Assembly: GCA_045652105.1 (NCBI GenBank)
Contig: JAZRTP010000031.1
Coordinates: 23,011-87,010 of the forward strand
Direction of reading: 5' to 3'
Source: Acutalibacteraceae bacterium
Lineage (GTDB): Bacteria; Bacillota; Clostridia; Oscillospirales; Acutalibacteraceae
DNA length: 64,000 bases
Part shown: positions 9,001-16,814 of the stretch, in pieces
How the letters are laid out: every line of letters begins with the position of its first letter
Position numbering within the stretch: position 1 is the first letter of the stretch
Program-made: the position numbers and the translations under genes
The notes under the pieces: generated by a model
The model's database searches: none
Seen by the model: only the letters and a program-made list of their open reading frames with translations
What the model was told of the DNA's origin: nothing

Positions 9001-10441
9001 TATCAACTACAAAGCGGATTATCAGAATTCAACTACAGTTATAAACGGTAACGGAGATCTTCACGACGACTATAACGAAAACGATTACACAGCAGTTTAT
9101 CCCGCAGACAGCAAGCTCGAAACATTTGTAAATATATTCCTTCACTTTGAACCCGAAGAATATATCCAGAATGTAGAAATTGATGCCACAAGACTCGGTG
9201 AACTCTTCAGACCCTCAAGTGCTCTTGTCAAGTATTACTGTCAGGAAATCGGTGCAGAAAATGACTACGAGCTCATCGTTCAGCATAAGGGTGAAAACGA
9301 CGGTGTACAGGTTGGAATGAATACTGCAACCGGCACAAATGATGATACATACGGTGAAAAAGTATGGAAAGAGAATTTCAACGGTAACCTCTATAACTAT
9401 CAGGCTGACCTTACTGAGCTTAACGGTAATGAAGTTGAAGATTGGCCTATTAGTGTAGTTTACGGTGATCCTGCCCGTTGGAGTCCTTATAATCAGGCTT
9501 CAACAGGTCCGCTTAAGGTTACACTTGTTCCCAGAAGATACACGATAACTTACAACTGGAATGACGGAAGAGATTATAAAGAAGTTGATTCCCATGCCCA
9601 TACATGGAGCCATGATACAGAAATTACTTATGAACCTGCCCGTGACGGATATACTTTTGAGGGTTGGTTTGATGCAAACGGCAACAAGATAACAAAGATT
9701 GATGCTTCAGTTCATGCTGATACAGAGCTTTATGCCAAGTGGACTCCAAACGCCTACGCTTACACAGTAAACTATCTTGAAGAAGGCACAAACAATGTTC
9801 TTGCTTCAGCTAAATCAGCATCAGCAGACTTCGGTACAACAATTACAGAAACTGCAATCGGAATCGAAGGCTACACAGTATCAGGTGAAAGCAGTAAGGC
9901 AATCACAATTGCAACAGAAGGTAATGTAATTAACTTCTACTATACTGCTGTTGTTGATCCTGATGTACCCGCTGAGCCGGATACACCTGTTGACCCTGAC
10001 ACTCCTGCAGATCCGGAAACTCCTGATACCCCTGACGTTCCTGAAACTCCCGAAGGTGACGGAACAGGTAGCGGCAGCGATACCAAAAACCATATTCTCT
10101 TCGGTAAGACTGACGGTATAGGTTGGTACAGTGTTTCAAAAGACGGAGGAAAGACTTACGATATCGTATTCGGCAACTCAACATATGAGGTTGAAAAAGG
10201 CACACAGATTATCGTTAAGGTCGGCGACCTTATGGGCGATGCATTTACCTTCTATGTGAACGGAAAGGCTGTTGAGCCTGACGAAAACGGAAATCTTGTT
10301 ATTACCGTTGATGGATATATGCTTATTGGTGCTCTCGGTTACAAGGTTGATGTTCCCGATATTGAAGAATCACTTAACTGGTTCCAGAAGATTATCAAAG
10401 CAATCAAAGATTTCTTTGCATGGCTTTTCGGTAAGAAATAA
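6077..10441 (+). CDS. 1454-aa secreted surface protein with Listeria-Bacteroides (Flg_new) repeats, a MucBP-like segment, a Pro-rich linker and a C-terminal amphipathic tail
   Basis: - Signal peptide: KKIISMFLAIVMILGMAPVSVFA.
- Three repeats of the type Y.V.YD.NGG....(F/Y).GW.......L.AKW at about 7450..7675, 8545..8760 and 9535..9750.
- MucBP-like segment YTVNYLEEGTNNVLA...INFYY.
- (D/E)(T/V)P linker at about 9955..10060.
- Tail WFQKIIKAIKDFFAWLFGKK. Confidence 0.8.
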   Translation: MKMTTKKIISMFLAIVMILGMAPVSVFATETNPTVEIISFMRGGQNDLRSSELLEARVEGYDGNVRELTYKWSTTLGTYLYVYNSHNMYHIRNTPGEVEVYNSKKLLPTPDMVGRYYANEFEGTGFAWAAVHSNSIYDKSQLVGTVTVEVYDKDNNLLCSDIHEGKLVDGVNTGFLNYDLKEDLDDVVIGLFEGDKRNVKDLLGESAVVHIVCIASTVMAGAIRNGDEYIDLTKEADGDYYITADKAGTSTGSDGDALVDLTVQKTSCKFHRGSYESATTTVFVFKKPTTSTTTTTLTLDNLDDRCDYFINGVQGTEIDENGDGKRDKVVFENLTPNTDYMVEVRGEYEVSDEVTRYAYAFVYDTTKPVYKATVKTYLDGSLTDITDIHGDDITLYLHEKDGKTENVELIKSETGIYSAAVENGIYYPWHVEAGNHEHMAREYKLIIENANGELSLHHYSVKYDTNGGDFKAGEEVATEVYSSMDDVNVTENVPVREGFIFAGWEYNGKTFAPGTEVTAAISAPITLKAKWEKAVNVTINVTIDHQADGGYDHNEAREELTVEFLEKTVDSPAFVETGDKLNFSEDSVTDENGNAKPYEYSLVEEHLSKYTATDYTYTGLIESSTFGVAVSKSGYDVGSIEKYQDKSGNWIINIPLTYNPDDFDLEFSVEMDKSVPTDLYPDAVIVKIACWDAEKNEWNIISQQRTTETTVKPGVRVDIDKTTGEGYGTYPVWKHDADGNSYGYRAVVTGFIYNNSTVIVPTEKDHTKEDGLVIVTYTDGNYTATMGDITDGKKYSTSLNGAYYNDTENKQQGTLDGVITVEKYNVTFDAQGGMVNSKDADVAEKQYFVPDFDAYVPTMENHSFLGWYLDEKCTVPATEGELLTEDITLYAKWDKLLTGTVIVDGYYDSTHVVDDADRATHALVELEEITPDGTYNVAGQTVEIQWNEENHFSEPVSYEFKGLDTDKTYRVDVYLINYKADYQNSTTVINGNGDLHDDYNENDYTAVYPADSKLETFVNIFLHFEPEEYIQNVEIDATRLGELFRPSSALVKYYCQEIGAENDYELIVQHKGENDGVQVGMNTATGTNDDTYGEKVWKENFNGNLYNYQADLTELNGNEVEDWPISVVYGDPARWSPYNQASTGPLKVTLVPRRYTITYNWNDGRDYKEVDSHAHTWSHDTEITYEPARDGYTFEGWFDANGNKITKIDASVHADTELYAKWTPNAYAYTVNYLEEGTNNVLASAKSASADFGTTITETAIGIEGYTVSGESSKAITIATEGNVINFYYTAVVDPDVPAEPDTPVDPDTPADPETPDTPDVPETPEGDGTGSGSDTKNHILFGKTDGIGWYSVSKDGGKTYDIVFGNSTYEVEKGTQIIVKVGDLMGDAFTFYVNGKAVEPDENGNLVITVDGYMLIGALGYKVDVPDIEESLNWFQKIIKAIKDFFAWLFGKK

Positions 10442-10457
10442 ACTGTATAAACAATTT

Positions 10458-10491
10458 AACCCTCCTTGTGTTTAAAGGCATAAGGAGGGTT
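10458..10491 (+). terminator. Terminator hairpin of the surface-protein gene
   Basis: AACCCTCCTT-loop-AAGGAGGGTT followed by TTA. The U tract is short. Confidence 0.6.
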
Positions 10492-10584
10492 TTAAGCTGC
10501 TGAAAACACAGGGGTTTACACAGAAGTTTTACAATTCAACCAACCCCCGAAACTTTACAACAAATTAACTCATAAAAAAATCAA

Positions 10585-10619
10585 AGCCTCAGACCACCCG
10601 TTCTGAGTGGTCTGAGGCT
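10585..10619 (-). terminator. Rho-independent terminator of the radical SAM gene
   Basis: 13-bp perfect stem AGCCTCAGACCAC/GTGGTCTGAGGCT. On the minus strand it is followed by TTGATTTTTTT. Confidence 0.75.
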
Positions 10620-10738
10620 GATATGAGCCTATTAATCTCTGCCTTTACTTCACAATATAAACCTTTACACCGTGGGCTTCGGGTGCCGCAATGAAACAAA
10701 GAGGTTATGAGATTGAAGAGGATTGTCTTTGCTTTTTT

Positions 10739-11566
10739 TCAGTTGAACCGCTGAGCATAGCCGCACCGACGGCATAAGGGCTGAACCGCCCTTCTTTTTT
10801 CAAAGCCCTCACGCATACTCACCGCTTGGGGAGAGCGGAGAATTTCATCAATTTCCTCATTGAAAATGTTGCCCAGAGTAAGAGTGCCCTCGCTGTCAAA
10901 ACAGCAGGGGACAACACTGCCGTCACAGAGAATTCCGAAATGGTCGCGAAGACCGTAGCAGAAGACCTCCTCACCCTGAAGAGAGGCATTACTGTCGGGC
11001 CACTCAAATCTGTCACCCCATTCAATGTGAAGCTTGTCTCTTATGCGGACACCTCTTGTGTTCGGAGTCCATTCACCCTCAAGACAGCCGCGGAGAAAGT
11101 CAAGGGTTATGTTGTTTCTGCCTTCGTCAAAGCCCTTGTTCCAAAGCCTGAGCACCACAATTATGCCTGCCTTGGATGCGGCATCGGAAAAGCTGACAAC
11201 CTCCTTCAGATAAGAAAGCTGAGAAGCGGGGTCATCCTTTTCAAAGCTGTGCAGAGATATGCTGACCTTGTGAACACCTGAGTCAATGAGTGCCTGACCC
11301 TTTTTCTTGAGAAGAGTGCCGTTGGTAGTGATTACGGAGCGAAAGCCCTTTTCTTCGGCAATTTTCAGAAAATCAGACAGCTCGGGATGAAGCAGCGGCT
11401 CACCCATAAGGTGATAATAAATATATTTTGTCTGTCCCTCAAGCTTTTGAAGAATCTGCCTGAACTCATCGGCGGTCATAAATCTTTTCTGACGGCTGTG
11501 ACCGTGACAGAAGGAGCAACTCATATTGCAGACATTTGTAATTTCAATATATACCCTTGAATACAT
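10739..11566 (-). CDS. Radical SAM protein with a SPASM/twitch-like C-terminal Cys cluster (275 aa)
   Basis: CNMSCSFCHG (Cx3Cx2C) at residues 13-20. C-terminal cysteines: CYGLRDHFGILCDGSVVPCCFD...CRRCGY. RBS is GGAGAGG. Confidence 0.8.
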   Translation of the reverse strand: MYSRVYIEITNVCNMSCSFCHGHSRQKRFMTADEFRQILQKLEGQTKYIYYHLMGEPLLHPELSDFLKIAEEKGFRSVITTNGTLLKKKGQALIDSGVHKVSISLHSFEKDDPASQLSYLKEVVSFSDAASKAGIIVVLRLWNKGFDEGRNNITLDFLRGCLEGEWTPNTRGVRIRDKLHIEWGDRFEWPDSNASLQGEEVFCYGLRDHFGILCDGSVVPCCFDSEGTLTLGNIFNEEIDEILRSPQAVSMREGFEKRRAVQPLCRRCGYAQRFN

Positions 11567-11605
11567 AAAACCTCTCCGTAAAATTCTGTTATACTGTTCT
11601 TACCG

Positions 11606-11634
11606 ATTATACAATATTCTGCCTTTTTAATCAA
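11606..11634 (-). promoter_or_regulatory. Sigma-A-like promoter (TTGATT-17-TATAAT) for the radical SAM gene
   Basis: Read on the minus strand with a 17-nt spacer. About 40 nt upstream of the ATG. Confidence 0.55.
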
Positions 11635-11860
11635 GGAAGCAAAATATGCTTCTGAGTTTTTGAACTGCTCTGCTTTGTTGCAGGATGAAGAGACGGACAG
11701 CGATCCTTTGAATTTCACGGAGTTTTTTTGAATAATTCTGTCATAAAAAATACAGTAAACAGTAATATTTTTTAATAAGACGGGTCAATTGACAAAGATG
11801 CTCTTTTGTGATAAAGTTGTTGATGTTAATTTTTGTTTAATTTTGTCGGAGGACTTTTTT

Positions 11861-13384
11861 ATGAAAAGCTTTAAAAGATATATCAGTCTGTTTCTTGCAG
11901 TGGTTATGCTCAGCCTGAGCCTTGTCAGCTCCGCCGCAGCAACGCAGGAGTATGACCATTATCCCAAAATTTACGTCAACGGTGTTGGCTCAAGAGCCGT
12001 TTATATGGCTGACGACCCTGAAAAGAATCCCGTTTTCTTCCCCGTCAACGGAGAAGCCATGATAGAAAATCTGAAAAATTTCGGTGAATATATCAGTGAC
12101 GGCGTGAAAAACGGTGAGTACAATCTTATTTACAATGTTGCTTATAATCTGATGTGGGAAACCTGCGGAGGTTCCGCTCTTGACAAGGACGGTATAACAC
12201 CCTTGTTCAATTCAACAATCGACCCCTGTGAGCTTGATTACAGCGGAGACGGAGTATATAACTTTAACTATGACAGCCGTCTTGATCCCGTTGACCTTGC
12301 ACATCAGCTTTTTGATTACATTGCTCTCGTGCGTGAGGATTCGGGCTGTGAGAAGTATGAGCTTGTAGCTTCCAGCTACGGCACAGCTGTGCTTGCCGCC
12401 TGTATCAAGGAGCATCCCGATATCCTTGATTATGCCGACTCCGTTGTTTTCTGTGTGCCCACAATCAGCGGTATGGAATTTGTGGGAGAGCTGTTCAGCG
12501 GAAACATCAGCACAGACTCTGTTCTTCTTGAGGATTATCTTTCAAATATGCTTGGCAGTGAGGAGATGAGCCTCTTCCTTTCAATTCTTCAGCAGAGCGG
12601 TATTTTCAACCTTCTTGTTGAATATGCTGCCGAGCCTCTTGCAAAGGCAGCTCTTCTCAGAGCAGCAAAGGACATTGTCCGTGACATTTTTGCAACCTTC
12701 CCTTCAATGTGGTCCTTTGTCACAGATGATTATTTCTATGAAACACTCGAATATCTTTACGGTGAAGATTATGCTGATCCCGACCACGAATATGCAGGTC
12801 TCATCAGCAAGGTTACATATTATCACGAAGAAGTGATGATGAAAATGGATGAGGTTTTCTCAATGCTTAATGAAAGAGAAATCCACACCGCACTTCTTGT
12901 CAAATATGACAAGCCCATCATTCCTCTCACCGCAAAAAGCAACGTTATGAGTGACGGTCTTGTGACCCTTGAGGGTGCTTCCTTCGGCGGCTTCAGCAGC
13001 AGATACGGAGAAAGACTTGAGGAGGGCTATGAGCAGAAGCTTCACACAGAATATGATATGCTTTCACCTGACGGCTGTATCGACGCTTCAACGGGCGCTT
13101 ACCCCTTCACAACCTGGTACATCAAAAACCTTGACCACGGCACAAGAACCGATTCTTATTATAAGCTGATGAACACCGTGGCTTATGAAAATCTTGATGT
13201 TTATACCGACGAAAGCTATCCGCAGTTCCTTGTGATGGCAGAGGACGGGGAAACAATCATTCCCCTTGAAAAGACAGAGCCCGAGCAGGAGCTCTCCTTC
13301 CTCGGAAAATGCGGAGCACTTATCAAGCTTATCTTTGAAAACATTGTCAATAAAATCAAAGGTATTTTTGACGGCAATGACTGA
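11861..13384 (+). CDS. Secreted alpha/beta-hydrolase-like (lipase/esterase-like) protein
   Basis: I prefer the ATG at 11861 (GGAGGA RBS; MKSFKRYISLFLAVVMLSLSLVSSAAA signal peptide) over the track start at 11789. The candidate nucleophile elbow is LVASSYGTA (AxSxG). No closer family was recognised. Confidence 0.5.
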   Translation: MKSFKRYISLFLAVVMLSLSLVSSAAATQEYDHYPKIYVNGVGSRAVYMADDPEKNPVFFPVNGEAMIENLKNFGEYISDGVKNGEYNLIYNVAYNLMWETCGGSALDKDGITPLFNSTIDPCELDYSGDGVYNFNYDSRLDPVDLAHQLFDYIALVREDSGCEKYELVASSYGTAVLAACIKEHPDILDYADSVVFCVPTISGMEFVGELFSGNISTDSVLLEDYLSNMLGSEEMSLFLSILQQSGIFNLLVEYAAEPLAKAALLRAAKDIVRDIFATFPSMWSFVTDDYFYETLEYLYGEDYADPDHEYAGLISKVTYYHEEVMMKMDEVFSMLNEREIHTALLVKYDKPIIPLTAKSNVMSDGLVTLEGASFGGFSSRYGERLEEGYEQKLHTEYDMLSPDGCIDASTGAYPFTTWYIKNLDHGTRTDSYYKLMNTVAYENLDVYTDESYPQFLVMAEDGETIIPLEKTEPEQELSFLGKCGALIKLIFENIVNKIKGIFDGND

Positions 13385-13452
13385 ATTTGATAACAGAAAA
13401 AAACAGGCTCTTACGGGTTTTATCCTTTAGGTCAGTTTTTCAAAAATGAATT

Positions 13453-13489
13453 ATACCCGTGGTTTTTTCAGAATCACGGGTATTTTTTT
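13453..13489 (+). terminator. Rho-independent terminator
   Basis: ATACCCGTG-loop-CACGGGTAT followed by TTTTTT. Confidence 0.8.
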
Positions 13490-13617
13490 GACAAAAAGCA
13501 CAAAAACGGTTTTTAAATTTTATTGAAGTTGTGTTACGGGTTGTTAACATCATATTAATCAACTCCTTTGATTTTTAGTTTATAATTATTATAAAGAAAT
13601 ATAAAGGAGGTGCTTAT

Positions 13618-15114
13618 ATGAAAAAAACAGTTTTTCTCACCGGTGGCTCGGGAAATATGGGATTTGCGGGCTTTAAGGAGCTTTATAAAAGAAAGCATAT
13701 GTATAATATTGTTCTTCTTCATCTTGATTCACCGGCCACACGTAAAAAATTTGATCCTTATATGTCTGACCCGTCGGTAAAGATTATCTGGGGTGATCTG
13801 ACACATTATGAGGATGTCCTTGAATGTGTCAACGGTGCGGATTATGTTCTTCACGTAGGAGGTCTTGTTTCACCTGCGGCGGACTATTATCCGAAAAAGA
13901 CCCTTTTTACCAATGTAACGGCTATGGAAAACATTGTCAGAGCTGTAAAGGCTCAGCCTGATCCCGACAAAATCAAGGTTGTTTATATAGGCACCGTTGC
14001 TCAGACGGGAGACAGAAACTATCCTACCCATTGGGGAAGAACGGGAGACCCTATACAGATAAGCATTTATGACCATTATGCTCTGAGTAAAACCAAGGCG
14101 GAGCAGATACTTGCTGATTCGGGGCTGAGATACTGGGTTTCTCTCAGACAGACAGGTATTCTTTATCCCGATATACTGAAAAATATGGATCCGATTATGT
14201 TCCACGTACCCATTAACGGTGTTCTGGAATGGGCCACCCTCGAGGACAGCGGAAGACTGTGCGCAAAGGTATGTAACCAGAGAGTTCCCGAGGAGTTCTG
14301 GCGCAGATTTTATAACATCAGCTCAGGACCTGAGTACAGACTCACCAACTACGAATTCGAGGAGCTTTTACTGCGCACCCTCGGTATGCGGGGGGAGGAA
14401 ATCCCAAAGAAGCTTTTTGAGCCTCACTGGTTCATTCTTCAGAATTTCCATGGACAATGGTACACCGATGCAGATGAGCTGGAGAAATATCTGAGCTTCA
14501 GATACAATGTTCCCATTTCCGAATATTTCAAAAGGCTTTCCGCAAAGGTTCCCTTTGCTTACAAATTTTCCGCCGTTGCACCCTACGGTATTCTCAAAAG
14601 AACTATGATGCACAATATAGTCAACACTCCTCTTCACGGCACAAAGGCTTGGATTGACAACGGCATCAAGGACAGAATAACGGCATATTACGGCTCTTAT
14701 GAAAAATACAAATCTATCGGCTCGTGGAAGGATTTTGAGGTTGTCATTCCCGACAAAAACGAGATGAGCTATCTCGACCACGGCTATGACGAAACCAAGG
14801 ATTTTCACTCCCTTAAAATAAAGGATATGAAAAAAGCCGCTGAATTCAGAGGCGGCAGATGTATTTCAAAAAAGCTCGGTGCCGATATGTACACGCCGAT
14901 AAAATGGGAATGTGCCTTCGGCCATCAGTTTGAAATGAGCCCCAATCTTGTGCTTAAGGGCGGTCACTGGTGTCCCGAATGTATGCCGATTCCATGGCAG
15001 TACGACAAAATTGCAAAGGTGAATCCTTTCTTTGCTCAGGTATGGTATTCACACCACTCTCCCGATGAGGATAATGTCTACGATGACAGCATTTATTACG
15101 GTTTTGCAAGATAA
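13618..15114 (+). CDS. Extended-SDR (NAD-dependent epimerase/dehydratase family) protein with a ~190-aa C-terminal extension ending in a zinc-ribbon-like motif
   Basis: Rossmann motif VFLTGGSGNMGFAG and catalytic YALSK (YxxxK). The C-terminal motif is CAFGHQF...GGHWCPEC. RBS is AAGGAGG. Confidence 0.7.
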   Translation: MKKTVFLTGGSGNMGFAGFKELYKRKHMYNIVLLHLDSPATRKKFDPYMSDPSVKIIWGDLTHYEDVLECVNGADYVLHVGGLVSPAADYYPKKTLFTNVTAMENIVRAVKAQPDPDKIKVVYIGTVAQTGDRNYPTHWGRTGDPIQISIYDHYALSKTKAEQILADSGLRYWVSLRQTGILYPDILKNMDPIMFHVPINGVLEWATLEDSGRLCAKVCNQRVPEEFWRRFYNISSGPEYRLTNYEFEELLLRTLGMRGEEIPKKLFEPHWFILQNFHGQWYTDADELEKYLSFRYNVPISEYFKRLSAKVPFAYKFSAVAPYGILKRTMMHNIVNTPLHGTKAWIDNGIKDRITAYYGSYEKYKSIGSWKDFEVVIPDKNEMSYLDHGYDETKDFHSLKIKDMKKAAEFRGGRCISKKLGADMYTPIKWECAFGHQFEMSPNLVLKGGHWCPECMPIPWQYDKIAKVNPFFAQVWYSHHSPDEDNVYDDSIYYGFAR

Positions 15115-15128
15115 GATATATATACGAT

Positions 15129-15165
15129 AACCGCCGCACTTCATAACGGAGTGCGGCGGTTCGGT
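15129..15165 (+). terminator. Rho-independent terminator of the SDR gene
   Basis: AACCGCCGCACT-loop-AGTGCGGCGGTT followed by CGGTTTT. Confidence 0.7.
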
Positions 15166-15171
15166 TTTAAA

Positions 15172-15205
15172 TAAAAAAAAGAAAATGAGCCCCGAAGGAC
15201 TCATT
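15172..15205 (-). terminator. Rho-independent terminator ending the fhs/EIIC-like transcript
   Basis: On the minus strand: AATGAGTCC-TTCG-GGGCTCATT followed by TTCTTTTTTTT. Confidence 0.75.
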
Positions 15206-15360
15206 CTCTTTGTATTTGAAAGGAGAGGGGAGTGCGGTGGGAAGGAGGGTAGAAAAAATGAAAAATCGGAAAAAAACATTTCTTCTGTTCCCATCGCACA
15301 ATGTAAGTATAAGCTTTTAACTTAAAAGGTAGTTAAAACAAAAATTAAGATAAATTATTC

Positions 15361-16791
15361 TTATTTTTTCAGCTGTTCAAGAAGCTGTTTGCCGTGATTT
15401 CTGATTTCAATGACAAGGTCACTGCTGCGGTTTAAGTAGCAGCGTCTTTTTGAAAGGAAACGGTATTCTCCCTGCTTGAGAGCCATAACCACAAGACCGC
15501 CCACAAAGGCACAGCCGAGAATGATGAAAAACAGAGGAAGACGGCAGGTCAGAAAATCACCTGAACGCAGAGGAAGAGTGAAGCTCATATAAATTTCACC
15601 CTGCTCAAAAAGGTCAGCATAGGTGTAATCCACTGCACCGAAGGTGTAATTTCCCGTTGTATAACGGGGCAGTGAGCCGTCGGTATAGGCTGTGTTGACA
15701 ATGCCGAAAAGGGCTGTCAGAACACCGCCGAGAGCGGAGCCGACCATAAAGCCGGGAATCATTGTGAAGGGGCTTCTCATTGCAAGAGGCATTGAGGGAG
15801 CAACGGTGAGCTTGATGTTTTCAAAGAATGCATTGATGGGACCCGTTGTTGCAAAGTTGAAGTCATCAGTGTCAACACAGCCGCCCTTTTTGAAAAGCTT
15901 GCAGTTGAGCATGCCGAAGAATGCTGTCCAGCCAACTGAAATGAAGCATACGGAATAAATTGTGATAAGCTGAGCATTGCCTGTTGAAAGGTAAGCCGCA
16001 GTTGCAACGGAAAAGGCTGAAAGTGAAACGGGCCCGATGAGGTCAAAGCCCACCATAAGACCCATCACAAGAGCTGTGAGAATCACATTTGAATTTGAAA
16101 GCTCCGCCAGAAAGCTGCCGAGAGCTTTAGAAATTGCTTCAAAGGGAACCTCAATGCCGTATTTCACAAGCAGGAAGGTCATTGCAGCTGAAGCAACGGG
16201 AAGAATGAGAACAAGAACAATAAGATCAACACCGTCAGCAATATCAATACCCTTGATTGTGTCAGGGATTGCCTTGATTTTCTTTCTCAGCTTTGTAACA
16301 AGAGAGTCAATGCCTGAGCCGATTGAGACCTTAAGCCTTGTCCAGCCGGCATAAAGCAGCTTGATCATAAGGCCGAGGAATACCGCCATAATCAGATAAC
16401 CCATATAACCGATTGCAGTAGCATCGGCATAGTTTGAGGGGGTTGCAAAAAAGCAGCGGTAAATTTCTGTTGCATCAGCCGAGGGTGCTGTGAAATGTGC
16501 AAAGTAAACCGAAAGCGCAAGAGCGGGAGCAATTGCGGGGATGCCTGCAATCAGATAAGCAAGAACAACGGCAAGTGCAACAAAGAAGAAATCAGTTGCC
16601 CAGAAAAGAATAAACCAGAGAGTTGGCTCATTTTCCGCACCTGTCCAGCCAAAGATGTGATAAGACTGAAAAATGTTCTGGACAACGAAGAAGAAACCTG
16701 CACCGAGGGCTCCGAAGAGCTGAACAATGAACATAATGGAGGTTGCTCTGTAAATTTTTTCCTTGGTGTCAAGATAAAGATTTTTGATCAT
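15361..16791 (-). CDS. Polytopic membrane protein, divergent PTS fructose-family EIIC-like permease (no EIIA/EIIB partner in the window)
   Basis: There are about 10-12 hydrophobic helices. GLMVGFDLIGPVSLSAF and APSMPLAMRSPFTMIPGFMVGSALGG resemble the EIIC-Fru motifs (MAFDMGGPVNKAAY; EGAIPFA..DP.RVIP), but with substitutions. The gene starts 23 nt after the fhs stop. Confidence 0.45.
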   Translation of the reverse strand: MIKNLYLDTKEKIYRATSIMFIVQLFGALGAGFFFVVQNIFQSYHIFGWTGAENEPTLWFILFWATDFFFVALAVVLAYLIAGIPAIAPALALSVYFAHFTAPSADATEIYRCFFATPSNYADATAIGYMGYLIMAVFLGLMIKLLYAGWTRLKVSIGSGIDSLVTKLRKKIKAIPDTIKGIDIADGVDLIVLVLILPVASAAMTFLLVKYGIEVPFEAISKALGSFLAELSNSNVILTALVMGLMVGFDLIGPVSLSAFSVATAAYLSTGNAQLITIYSVCFISVGWTAFFGMLNCKLFKKGGCVDTDDFNFATTGPINAFFENIKLTVAPSMPLAMRSPFTMIPGFMVGSALGGVLTALFGIVNTAYTDGSLPRYTTGNYTFGAVDYTYADLFEQGEIYMSFTLPLRSGDFLTCRLPLFFIILGCAFVGGLVVMALKQGEYRFLSKRRCYLNRSSDLVIEIRNHGKQLLEQLKK

Positions 16792-16814
16792 AATATTTCC
16801 CCTTTTTGATTTTA

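Noticed and set aside
10739-11566. The radical SAM gene as the anaerobic sulfatase-maturating enzyme for the sulfatase at 47216..48793
   Set aside because: It has 275 aa against ~370 aa for characterised anSMEs. It lies 36 kb away and forms a separate monocistronic unit. I keep it only as a test suggestion.
11521-11718. 65-aa minus-strand ORF upstream of, and overlapping, the radical SAM gene, as a possible RiPP precursor
   Set aside because: It has a GTG start without an RBS, it runs across the predicted promoter, and it overlaps the radical SAM start by 46 nt in another frame.
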